Assembly: GCA_964458595.1 (NCBI GenBank)
Contig: CAYWJQ010000005.1
Span: 85,298 to 149,297, forward strand
DNA: 64,000 nucleotides
Source of the DNA: an uncultured Thermoplasmata archaeon
GTDB lineage: Archaea; Thermoplasmatota; Thermoplasmata; Halarchaeoplasmatales; Halarchaeoplasmataceae
Reading direction: 5' to 3'
Part shown: piece after piece, positions 19,010 to 27,879 of the stretch
Numbering within the stretch: position 1 is the first letter of the stretch
How the letters are laid out: the number at the start of each line of letters is the position of its first letter
Position numbers and translations under genes: made by a program
Notes under the pieces: generated by a model
Seen by the model: the letters and a program-made list of their open reading frames with translations, nothing else
What the model was told of the DNA's origin: nothing
Database searches by the model: none

Positions 19010-19810
19010 ATGCCAGACCTGAATATAGTGGTGCTTATCAAAGAAGTACCCGATATTGAGAACGTAAAGTTCGATAGAGAGAAAGGCAGGATAGACAGAA
19101 GTTCTGCTGAAGCCGAACCTAATCCTTTCGATCTCAACGCTTTAGAAGAAGCGGTGAAGTTGAAGGAAGAACTCGGTGGCAAAATAACGGTATTGAGTAT
19201 GGGCCCGTCAAAGGCAAAAGAGACTTTGAGAGAAGCACTATCGAGAGGGGCTGACGAGGCTATACTCCTGACGGACAAAAACTTCGCCGGATCGGACACT
19301 TGGGCGACTTCTTACACGCTCGCCGCCGCTGTAGAAAAGATCTGCGATTACGACCTGATATTGTGTGGAGAGAAAAGTGTTGACGGAGATACCGGTCAGG
19401 TCGGGCCGGAGATAGCCGAGATATTGGGCATACCACACATCGCGTTCGTCAACGAAGTGAAGAAAAGAGGAAAAGAAAAGATAACGGTCGGTTCCGAAAC
19501 TTGGGACAGGAGTTATGTTAGAGATATCGAATATCCCGGCTTGATAACCGTCACCAAAGACGTGAATGAACCAAGACTCCCTTCACTGCAGGACAAGTTA
19601 GACGCTAAGAACGCCGATATCGAAGAATGGGGTGTCGATGAACTTGACGCAGGAGAAAAAGACATGGGTGCATCCGGTTCTCCTACAGCAGTGGTGAACA
19701 TAGAAGTTCCCGAGAAAAAAGGAAGGAAAAGTAAAATCTTCGAGGGTGAAACGGAAACGGCGGTCAAAGAACTGCTAAACGAGTTGGAAAAAGACGTGGG
19801 AGGCATCTAA
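19010..19810 (+). CDS. etfB: Electron transfer flavoprotein beta subunit (FixA/EtfB)
   Basis: KEVPD, NPFD, AGSDTWAT, DGDTGQVGP, NEPRLPS, GSPT. Confidence 0.93.
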   Translation: MPDLNIVVLIKEVPDIENVKFDREKGRIDRSSAEAEPNPFDLNALEEAVKLKEELGGKITVLSMGPSKAKETLREALSRGADEAILLTDKNFAGSDTWATSYTLAAAVEKICDYDLILCGEKSVDGDTGQVGPEIAEILGIPHIAFVNEVKKRGKEKITVGSETWDRSYVRDIEYPGLITVTKDVNEPRLPSLQDKLDAKNADIEEWGVDELDAGEKDMGASGSPTAVVNIEVPEKKGRKSKIFEGETETAVKELLNELEKDVGGI

Positions 19811-19811
19811 G

Positions 19812-20798
19812 ATGGCGTACGGTCCGGAGAAAAGTTCTGGAGTTTGGATACTCGCGGAACAGCAAAAGGGAAAGATTCACCCTGTAACTTTTGAGCTTTT
19901 GCAAAAGGGTAGGGAATTATCGGATGATCTCGATACTAACCTCACCGCCGTCTTATGTACTCCAGATAAGGAAAAAACTCAAGAATTGATCTATAGAGGA
20001 GCAGATAGAGTCATTTTGGTGGAAGACGAAAATTTTGACGAACCCGATGAATCGTTCTTCAAGGAGAATATCGTTGAATTGATTGAAAACGAAAAACCGC
20101 ATATCTTTTTGATAGGAGCTACGAATTTCGGTAGATCTTTAGCTCCGAGGATAGCGGCGGCTTTGGAAACAGGTCTGACCGCCGACTGCACCGGGTTAAG
20201 GATCAAAGACGGAGACTTCGTTCAGATCCGACCCGCTTTTACTGGCAATATCCTCGCACACATATCTACTGACAGATGCCCAAAGATGGCGACCGTGAGG
20301 TACAAGGAGTTCGAAGAAAGCGAAAGAGATACTGAAAGAGACGGAAAAATCGTCCAGAAAGCACCTCTAGAAAAAAAAGAGGATGATGGTATAAAAATCA
20401 TAAAGGAAATAGTCGAAGAAAGTGTAAATATTCAGGATGCAGAAGTGGTCTGTTCGGGAGGAAGAGGTCTTGAAGATCCAGATGATTTTGAACTTATAGA
20501 AAAGTTAGCCTCCGCTTTGGGCGGAAAAGTCGGATCGAGTAGACCATTAGTTGATGAAGGCTGGATAAGCAGAGATCACCAAGTTGGATACAGCGGGAAC
20601 CGAGTCAAACCAAACATATACATCGCCTGTGGTATTTCTGGGGCGCCTCAACATCTCGCCGGTATGAAAGAATCGGATATAATAATAGCGATAAATAAAG
20701 ATCCTTCAGCACCTATTTTCAAGCACGCGGACTACGGCATCGTGGGTGATCTTTATGAAGTGGTTCCCGAGCTGATAAAGCAGATAAAAGAAAGATGA
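19812..20798 (+). CDS. etfA: Electron transfer flavoprotein alpha subunit (FixB/EtfA)
   Basis: GLTADCT, RPAF, SGGRG, QVGYSG, GISGAPQH, AINKD. Confidence 0.93.
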   Translation: MAYGPEKSSGVWILAEQQKGKIHPVTFELLQKGRELSDDLDTNLTAVLCTPDKEKTQELIYRGADRVILVEDENFDEPDESFFKENIVELIENEKPHIFLIGATNFGRSLAPRIAAALETGLTADCTGLRIKDGDFVQIRPAFTGNILAHISTDRCPKMATVRYKEFEESERDTERDGKIVQKAPLEKKEDDGIKIIKEIVEESVNIQDAEVVCSGGRGLEDPDDFELIEKLASALGGKVGSSRPLVDEGWISRDHQVGYSGNRVKPNIYIACGISGAPQHLAGMKESDIIIAINKDPSAPIFKHADYGIVGDLYEVVPELIKQIKER

Positions 20799-22022
20799 TC
20801 ACTTGACTATAGGCACCACGTTGTTTGCCTCATCCACATCGACGATGTGGGGTTCTTTTTTAGACACGCATTCTTTAACTTCGTCTAAAGCCTCATCTAC
20901 GCTATCGAACGGTTCACAGAAGCAGTTCTCTATTATTTCATCATCAAGGTCACTGACTATGAACAGAGAGTGATCTTCTAAAAATTTGAGGATGTTGGTG
21001 GCTTTGTGTCCACCGAACGGATAATCTCCATAAACTTCATCGATTATCTCATCGCGATCGTCGGAAGAGGACAAAAGATCGTAAAAAGTTCTTGGTCCTA
21101 TACCCTCGTAACACTCGCTGACCATTATCAGTACGCCACCATCTCGACAGATCTGCTTGGTATTTTCGAAGCTCTTGAACGATTGGTACAGATTTTTAGT
21201 GCCCGGTTCCGCCGTCCTAGCTATCACGATATCCGCTTTTTGACTTACTTCGGCGGTGAAGATATCTTTAGCAGTTTCGATCAGCTCATCGAAAGAATAG
21301 AAGAAATCGCCAGCTGAAACTTCGTAAACTTTTTCCGAAGTGGAAACGCTGTTTATACTCGATATCTTGCTCTCTAGATGGTCGATTATCATCTCAGCGG
21401 CTTCCAAAGCGTCCAGATTGATCGGATTTTCATCCAATGAAAGAGGTAAAGAATTTTCATCTAAGGAGAACTCATGGTTCTCGACAATAGTGTCCCAGTG
21501 GCATACTCCGGGTAGGAGAGATTTCCTACCTCCCGTAAAGCCGGCAAAGTAATGCGGCTCGACGGAGTTGATATTAATTATCCTATCGTAACCTAAAATA
21601 TTCTTATCTGCCTTTACCGGAGTTCCTCGACTGGTCTCGCCGATCTCGATATGTTCGTTCTCTTGACAATCATGGATGATCGTTTTAGATTCCAACTCCT
21701 CGTAATATTTACCCAATATCTTCTTCAAGCCTTCCTCCGTGGGAGGATCGTGAGTACCTGTGGCCACAATCACGTTCAACTCCCGGTTGAAGAGATCCAT
21801 CCCATTCTCTTCGAGATGTTCATCTAGAGTTTCCAGAAACAGAGATGTCGGTGTGGCGCGCTTGAAATCGTTCACTATGAAAAGCAGGCTATTTTCACCT
21901 ATAAAATCGGCGAGAGACTCATGATCTGAATTCAATAGTTCCTCATAATTTTTTTTGATCTCTTCTTTATTCATCCCTTCAGCGGTTCGATCTAAGCCTA
22001 TTTTTTCTATCTCATCATCCAT
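20799..22022 (-). CDS. larA: Nickel-pincer-dependent lactate racemase LarA family
   Basis: VND.KR.TP, ATGTH, PHYFAGFTGGRKS, ENH, NLYQ. Confidence 0.88.
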   Translation of the reverse strand: MDDEIEKIGLDRTAEGMNKEEIKKNYEELLNSDHESLADFIGENSLLFIVNDFKRATPTSLFLETLDEHLEENGMDLFNRELNVIVATGTHDPPTEEGLKKILGKYYEELESKTIIHDCQENEHIEIGETSRGTPVKADKNILGYDRIININSVEPHYFAGFTGGRKSLLPGVCHWDTIVENHEFSLDENSLPLSLDENPINLDALEAAEMIIDHLESKISSINSVSTSEKVYEVSAGDFFYSFDELIETAKDIFTAEVSQKADIVIARTAEPGTKNLYQSFKSFENTKQICRDGGVLIMVSECYEGIGPRTFYDLLSSSDDRDEIIDEVYGDYPFGGHKATNILKFLEDHSLFIVSDLDDEIIENCFCEPFDSVDEALDEVKECVSKKEPHIVDVDEANNVVPIVK

Positions 22023-22043
22023 CCTTTCACGATCCTGATATGA

Positions 22044-23510
22044 TCAAATTTTGATATGCTCTTCTTCCATCTCTTCGTCCTTTGAGATGAGCTTTCCCGG
22101 ATTCAATATATGGTCGGGATCGAAGGTGTTCTTTATCCCGTTCATCAGCTGCAGCATCTTGTCGCTTTTGAATTTTCTCAGCTCCGGCTTTTTGATTAGA
22201 CCTATACCGTGTTCACCGGTGATCTCTCCGCCCATTTCTACCGCGGTTTCGATCCATCTCTCTCTAAGACTCTCGACTTCATCCCAGTCGATATCCTCAT
22301 CAGGCAAATTACCTTCGATATGAACGTTACCGTCTCCGGCGTGTCCGAACGCGTAGAAAGTCCCTTCTACTTCGGACTCATCAAATATCTCTCTAGCTTT
22401 CGAGATGAATTCGGGTATCTTGGACGGAGGAACTACGAGATCTCCAGAGCGGTGGCCTGTCACGTTTCCTTCTTGGATCACTTCAGCTACACCTTCCCTT
22501 ATCTTCATTATCTTGTTCATCTCTTTCCGTTTTGTAGCGAGGAAGGCGTCGAGTGCTCCTTTTTCCTGACACACTTCCATGATCTTTTGAGCTTTTTCTA
22601 GTATCTCGTTTTCTTCCTCTCCGGTGACGATTATCATCAAGGTCGCTTCCCCTTTTTCAGCGGGCCAGCTCTCACCGACTTTGTCTTCACCGCTAGAGAT
22701 CGTTTCTCTTTCTAAATATTCTATTCCCGCAGGAGTGATCCCGCTTCTCAGTATTTCAGGCACGGCATTAATCGCGTTTTCACCTGATTCGAAGGGGAGT
22801 ATCACAAACTTAGATTCTTCGGAGGCCGGATAAAGTCTTAAAATCGCTTTTGTTATTATACCTAAAGTCCCTTCACTGCCTATCATCAGATGGAGTAAAG
22901 AATATCCCGTGTTATCCTTCAATAGTTTTCCGCCCAGCTCCATGATCTCTCCATCTGGAAGTACGACTTCTAGACCTTTCACGTAATCTCTCATGACGCC
23001 GTGTTTTAGGGTCGCTTCTCCTCCCGCGTTGACCGCAATAGTTCCACCGATCTGAGAGTCTTCCGTGGTGGGATGTATGGGAAGTGTAAGCCCTTTCTCT
23101 TCTACCTTTTCCTTCAATTTTTCCATCGGAACACCGGCGGCTACTTCCACCATCAGGTTATCTTCGTCCACATCTACCTTATCATCCAATCTTTCCAACG
23201 ATAAGCCGACACCGCCGTAGACGGGGATCATACCTCCCATCAAGCCGGTCTTTCCGCCGATCGGGGTAACGGGAACGAGATTATCGCTGGCCAATCTCAT
23301 TATCTTCGATACTTTTTCTGAAGAGTTGGGTTTTACCAATACCTCCGGATATTTTCCTTTAACTTCCGCAGTCGAAAGCTCGTCATGGGTATAACTATCC
23401 ATGAGGTCTTTATCCGTGATAACAAAATCCGAACCGCATATATTTTCCAATTCGTTGATGATCTCTTCGTCGACTTCGTTATATTTTGGCCTTTCATCCA
23501 TCAAAATCAC
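22044..23510 (-). CDS. FAD-linked 2-hydroxyacid (D-lactate/glycolate) dehydrogenase, GlcD/LctD type
   Basis: GGKTGL.GG, NAGG, GSEGTLG, GHAGDGNVH, GEHGIG, DP.HILNPGK. Confidence 0.9.
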   Translation of the reverse strand: MILMDERPKYNEVDEEIINELENICGSDFVITDKDLMDSYTHDELSTAEVKGKYPEVLVKPNSSEKVSKIMRLASDNLVPVTPIGGKTGLMGGMIPVYGGVGLSLERLDDKVDVDEDNLMVEVAAGVPMEKLKEKVEEKGLTLPIHPTTEDSQIGGTIAVNAGGEATLKHGVMRDYVKGLEVVLPDGEIMELGGKLLKDNTGYSLLHLMIGSEGTLGIITKAILRLYPASEESKFVILPFESGENAINAVPEILRSGITPAGIEYLERETISSGEDKVGESWPAEKGEATLMIIVTGEEENEILEKAQKIMEVCQEKGALDAFLATKRKEMNKIMKIREGVAEVIQEGNVTGHRSGDLVVPPSKIPEFISKAREIFDESEVEGTFYAFGHAGDGNVHIEGNLPDEDIDWDEVESLRERWIETAVEMGGEITGEHGIGLIKKPELRKFKSDKMLQLMNGIKNTFDPDHILNPGKLISKDEEMEEEHIKI

Positions 23511-23806
23511 CTGTAACTTCGATAATCGTTACATGATTTACAACTTCATCGTTAATAAGACTTTACGACGTATAGAGGGAAATAGTATGGGTAAAGAGGT
23601 GAAGATGACGGCTATGCTCAACCTATTGAAAAAAATTCATCCAGTTGTTTAACCATTATCTGAGTTCATTTAAGGTTAGTCAGTGGTGGACCTTTCTTCG
23701 ATAAACCTAGAGGCACTTCACACATAGGAAAATAAAATAAAAATTCCCTTCAAATTTAGATTGAAAAAATCATTGAAATTTACTCTAGCAGAGAGAGAAA
23801 TTACTA

Positions 23807-24499
23807 TTATTGATTTTTAATCTTTGATTTAGGTTTATTTTTTCCGTTTTCTAATACAATAAAAACTCTATAGAAAAATAGATAGCTGATAGCTATGCCT
23901 AGAACAAATATTACCGAGAGGTGAAAACCATTAATCATCATTTTTGATTTTCTAAGAAAAAATGACAGGGAGACCACAGAACTAGATAACCCAAATACAC
24001 CAAAAGCAATCAATATTGAATTTTTCATTTCTTTATCTTTTATGTTTATTAGAAGAAGACTACTCGTTAAAAAATAAAAAAAACTTCCCCCATAGAAGAA
24101 CACTATAAGTTCCTTGAAGTAATCTTGTGGAGGGAGCAAATTTGGAAAATTAAATATTTGGACGATAATGCCAATAATAAATAGGAATATACTAGCCTTC
24201 ATCATTAGAGTAGAGCTATTAGTCTCATCTTTCCAAGTATAGTCGAAAAACAACTCTTTATAAAGTTTAAAGAAAGAAATTGAAAAAGAAATTACCATCA
24301 ACAACGGTAACAAAATGGGTAGTCCTTGGATAATTTGGAAAATAAAGAGCACCATTAATATTGCCCCAGCCCCACTACTTCCAGGCAAAGAAAGAAAGGA
24401 GAAAAGAATAATTAATGGATTCAAAATCAAAAATATGAATACTAAAAGATAAGACTTCTCTATAGGTTTTAAAGCTTTTATTATTTTTTCGTCATCCAT
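23807..24499 (-). CDS. AT-rich hypothetical polytopic membrane protein
   Basis: 230-aa ORF with about 6 hydrophobic segments; F/I/L/K-rich, unlike the acidic host proteome. Confidence 0.6.
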   Translation of the reverse strand: MDDEKIIKALKPIEKSYLLVFIFLILNPLIILFSFLSLPGSSGAGAILMVLFIFQIIQGLPILLPLLMVISFSISFFKLYKELFFDYTWKDETNSSTLMMKASIFLFIIGIIVQIFNFPNLLPPQDYFKELIVFFYGGSFFYFLTSSLLLINIKDKEMKNSILIAFGVFGLSSSVVSLSFFLRKSKMMINGFHLSVIFVLGIAISYLFFYRVFIVLENGKNKPKSKIKNQ

Positions 24500-24550
24500 C
24501 TAAGTTTACAGTTTGTAAAGATATTCTTTCAGTATTAATATTTTTTTAAC

Positions 24551-25269
24551 GCTAAAATCAAAGATTTTGCCTAATCACTTTTTTCAGGAAACTAGAGCCG
24601 TTAGAACCAAAGGTTCTAACAAACCACTAAAAATCAAATATTTGTTAGTGGACTCGTCAGAAGCTAAGCTTCTAACTGCCCATTAAAACAAGTTTTGAGG
24701 AAAAACAACACTCTTTCCTCAACTCACTCGTTCAAAGAACTCGTGATTTAATGGACCCATCAGAATCAAAGATTCTAACTAACCATTTTTCATAGAAAAA
24801 TGGACCCAGCGGGACGAGGGAATTTTTGTAGAAAATTGCCGAGCAAGAGGAATCTTTGATTCCTCGTGTTTCAAATCCCGCGGTGCACTGAGCGGATGCG
24901 AAGTGGACCCGTCAGAAGCGAAGCTTCTAACTGCCCATTAAAACAAGTTTTGAGGAAAAACAACACTCTTTCCTCAACTCACTCGTTCAAAGAACTCGTG
25001 ATTTAATGGACCCATCAGAATCAAAGATTCTAACTAACCATTTTTCATAGAAAAATGGACCCAGCGGGACGAGGGAATTTTTGTAGAAAATTGCCGAGCA
25101 AGAGGAATCTTTGATTCCTCGTGTTTCAAATCCCGCGGTGCACTGAGCGGATGCGAAGTGGACCCGTCAGAAGCGAAGCTTCTAACTGCCCATTAAAACA
25201 AGTTTTGAGGAAAAACAACACTCTTTCCTCAACTCACTCGTTCAAAGAACTCGTGATTTAATGGACCCA
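24551..25269 (-). repeat. Modular palindromic array of tRNA-Ala 3'-end copies and triloop hairpins
   Basis: TGGACCC (minus strand GGGTCCA) at 24752, 24801, 24904, 25007, 25056, 25159, variants at 24649 and 24593; 21-bp hairpins at 24600, 24656, 24759, 24911, 25014, 25166. Confidence 0.9.
24647..25269. repeat. 255-bp direct tandem repeat, about 2.4 copies
   Basis: Units start at 24647, 24902, 25157; copy 1 differs from copy 2 at two positions seen (gactcg/gacccg, aagctaag/aagcgaag). Confidence 0.95.
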
Positions 25270-25362
25270 GCGGGATTTGAACCCGCGGCCTTCACCTTTC
25301 TTGCCACCACATTATTCCAGTAGGATGCAAGGGTGACGATCTGCCAACTGATCTATGGGCCC
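25262..25362 (-). tRNA. tRNA-Ala(UGC) with a 28-nt intron (25298-25325) at canonical position 37/38
   Basis: GGGCCCA/TGGGTCC acceptor (G3.U70 Ala identity), TCACC-CT-TGC-A|intron|A-GGTGA, GCGGG-TTCAAAT-CCCGC; BHB helix CUUG/CAAG with CA|U and AA|A bulges. Confidence 0.95.
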
Positions 25363-25520
25363 TGAACGAGCACTTGCGAGTGAAGGGCGCATAGATATTT
25401 GGAGCTTTGCTCCGAAACAATCTATGGGCCAAACATAACTCATGCGATTGAAATGAGTTTTCAGTCGCAGTGTAGTGCCATGCCAACAAAAATGCATGCG
25501 CCCCATTTCAACACTGCGAA
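25363..25520. repeat. Nested inverted repeats upstream of tRNA-Ala, including direct and inverted copies of its 5' end
   Basis: GGGCGCATAGAT (25385) / ATCTATGGGCC (25420), GGAGC-TTT-GCTCC, AACTCAT/ATGAGTT, TCGCAGTGT (25465)/ACACTGCGA (25511). Confidence 0.8.
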
Positions 25521-25587
25521 TAGGAACTTATGTATATTTTAAAAGAAATACGACACAATAAAGTATTTTTGTCTTCAAAACCAGTAT

Positions 25588-25899
25588 TCAGCTTTGAAGT
25601 ACGATCTCGATATGAACTTCGTCGGGAACTTGAATACGCATCAGCTGTCGCAGCGCTCTTTCGTCTGCGTCGATATCGATCAATCTTTTGTGGACTCTCA
25701 TCTCCCAGCGTTCCCAAGTTTCGTTTCCTTCGCCGTCCGGTGATTTTCTGCAGGGAACGGTCAATTCCTTGGTCGGCAGTGGGATAGGTCCTTTCATCTC
25801 CACTCCTGTTCTATCGGATATCTCACGGATCTGACTGCAGATCTCTTCTATCCTTTCTGGATTGGTTCCGCTTAACGAGATTCGTGCTTTCTGTGCCAT
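25588..25899 (-). CDS. rpsJ: 30S ribosomal protein S10 (uS10)
   Basis: [27 protein letters not shown]. Confidence 0.97.
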   Translation of the reverse strand: MAQKARISLSGTNPERIEEICSQIREISDRTGVEMKGPIPLPTKELTVPCRKSPDGEGNETWERWEMRVHKRLIDIDADERALRQLMRIQVPDEVHIEIVLQS

Positions 25900-25950
25900 G
25901 TAATATTCCTCACAAAGAAATGATATAAAAGGGTTTTGTAAGAAAGGTTT

Positions 25951-27234
25951 CTACATCTCTTTTTCTTCTATGTCGATGACCTGTCCTGCCGCAACGGTCT
26001 GACCCATATCTCTGATAGCGAATCTACCGAGTTCTGAGAACTCTTCGACTCTTTCGAGAGATAGGTTTCTAGTGGGCATGACCTCGACTACGGCGGCTTC
26101 TCCGTTCTTCAAGAAGTCCGGGTTCTCTTCTTTGACTTCGCCGGTCTTCGCATCGAGTTTCTTCTTGAGATCCATGAACTTGCATGCTACCTGTGCAGTG
26201 TGTGCGTGGAATACCGGTGTATAACCTTCGGTCACAACGCTCGGATGGTCGAGAACTATTATTCTCGCTGTGAATCTTTCCGCGACAGTCGGCGGATCAT
26301 CGGAAGGTCCGCATACATCTCCTCTTCGGATATCGTCTTTTCCGACACCTCTCACGTTGAAACCTACGTTATCTCCGGGTTCGGCCTTCGGGATCTCTTC
26401 GTGATGTTCCTCTATAGACTTGACTTCTCCGCTGACGTTCGCTGGCATGAAAGTGACTTTATCACCAGGCTCCATAACCCCGGTCTCTACACGACCGACC
26501 GGTACGGTACCGATGCCAGTGATGGAATATACGTCCTGTATCGGTAATCTGAGAGATTTCTCGATCGGTTTTCCAGGAGTCTCGAAGTCGTTTATCGCTT
26601 GAAGGAACCGCTTGCCGTCCCACCAGTCTATCTGCTTATCTCCCTCTCTAGTTATGTTATGTCCTTTGAGAGCGCTGGTCGGAACGAGATCATACTGGCT
26701 TTCCTGATAACCGACCGACTGCAGAAGTTGACTGACCTCCTCTTTGACTTCATTGAATCTCTCTTCGCTAAGTTCTGGTTTTGTGGCATCCATCTTGTTT
26801 ATAGCTACGACAAGCTGGTCGACACCCAGTGTTTTAGCGAGGAAAGTATGTTCCCTCGTCTGGGCCATAACGCCTTCTGTAGCCGCTACGACGAGAACCG
26901 CCGCGTCTGCCTGTGAAGTCCCTGTGATCATGTTCTTAACGAAATCCTGGTGGCCCGGTGCGTCTATGATCGTGAAATAATATTGGTCCGTATCGAACCG
27001 CTTATGCATAACGTCTATGGTAAGACCACGATCCCTCTCTTCTTCGAGTTGATCCATGGCCCAAGCATAAGCGAAGGTTCCTTTTCCTTTCTCTTCCGCT
27101 TCCTTCTTGTACTCGTCGATAACGTGATCCGGTATCTCTCCAGTTTCGAATAACGTTCTACCAACTAAGGTGGATTTCCCGTGATCCACGTGACCTATGA
27201 ATACGAGGTTCATATGTGGTTTATCGTCTGCCAT
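25951..27234 (-). CDS. tuf: Translation elongation factor EF-1alpha
   Basis: [32 protein letters not shown]. Confidence 0.98.
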   Translation of the reverse strand: MADDKPHMNLVFIGHVDHGKSTLVGRTLFETGEIPDHVIDEYKKEAEEKGKGTFAYAWAMDQLEEERDRGLTIDVMHKRFDTDQYYFTIIDAPGHQDFVKNMITGTSQADAAVLVVAATEGVMAQTREHTFLAKTLGVDQLVVAINKMDATKPELSEERFNEVKEEVSQLLQSVGYQESQYDLVPTSALKGHNITREGDKQIDWWDGKRFLQAINDFETPGKPIEKSLRLPIQDVYSITGIGTVPVGRVETGVMEPGDKVTFMPANVSGEVKSIEEHHEEIPKAEPGDNVGFNVRGVGKDDIRRGDVCGPSDDPPTVAERFTARIIVLDHPSVVTEGYTPVFHAHTAQVACKFMDLKKKLDAKTGEVKEENPDFLKNGEAAVVEVMPTRNLSLERVEEFSELGRFAIRDMGQTVAAGQVIDIEEKEM

Positions 27235-27399
27235 ATTTTTGTACCTCCAATTATCTATCTGCTTCTGTTTAATAGGTTGGCCTATTTATAATTTTATCCT
27301 CGAGCTAGACTATCTCGAGTCTACAGTATTGTGGAAATACTTCAATTATATATATTTGTTCCTCCTTTTCACTTTATCAAGCCCGCCTAACGTGAAAAA

Positions 27400-27873
27400 A
27401 TGTCGGTAGAAGTACGAAAAGCGGAAAAAGAAGATCTGGACGAAATCGTGGATATGTGGTATGAACTGGCGACCGATCATCAGGATATGATGGAAGGTTA
27501 TGAGCTCTGCGACGATTCGAAAAAGAATTGGAGAGAATTCGTAGAGAAGGGGTTCAAGAAAAAGGGGATCTGCACTTTCGTCGCCGAGACCGACAGTGGA
27601 GTGGTAGGTTTCCTCAATGTAGTCATAAGAGAAAGATTAGATATATTCGAAGAGAAGCGTATCGGGATGATACTAGATGTTTTCATTAAGGAAGAAGAAA
27701 GGGGAAAAGGTTACGGATCTAGATTGACTGAAAAAGCAGAAGAATGGATAAAAGATAAAAAGGTGAAGGTCGCGGTGCTCACCGTTTCACCTAGAAACGA
27801 AAAGGGGGTTGACTACTGGGAAGATAAGGGATACAGTACTTATCTCCTCAAAAAAAGAAAAGAACTGTTTTGA
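27400..27873 (+). CDS. GNAT-family acetyltransferase
   Basis: RGKGYG acetyl-CoA motif, N..G..YW...GY. Confidence 0.85.
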   Translation: MSVEVRKAEKEDLDEIVDMWYELATDHQDMMEGYELCDDSKKNWREFVEKGFKKKGICTFVAETDSGVVGFLNVVIRERLDIFEEKRIGMILDVFIKEEERGKGYGSRLTEKAEEWIKDKKVKVAVLTVSPRNEKGVDYWEDKGYSTYLLKKRKELF

Positions 27874-27879
27874 AAATAT

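Noticed and set aside
23530..23800. Possible gene remnant between the dehydrogenase and the AT-rich membrane gene
   Set aside because: Only short open frames with no recognisable motif
24675..24683. ACTGCCCAT in the array is complementary to 9 nt of the C/D sRNA D guide
   Set aside because: A 9-nt match is expected by chance in a window this size, and it is on the strand opposite to tRNA transcription
24600..25269. CRISPR array interpretation of the hairpin repeats
   Set aside because: Repeats vary with compensatory changes, spacers differ widely in length, are themselves palindromic and are duplicated, and no cas genes are present
23800..25362. Intact provirus or integrative element at tRNA-Ala
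   Set aside because: No integrase, transposase or viral gene in the window; only short tRNA-end duplications
25292..25506. Short ORFs 25292-25489 and 25312-25506
   Set aside because: They overlap the tRNA-Ala gene and palindromes and have atypical composition
27299..27323. Short palindromes (CTCGAG twice, TAGACT/AGTCTA) upstream of tuf
   Set aside because: Short, not repeated elsewhere, no supporting context
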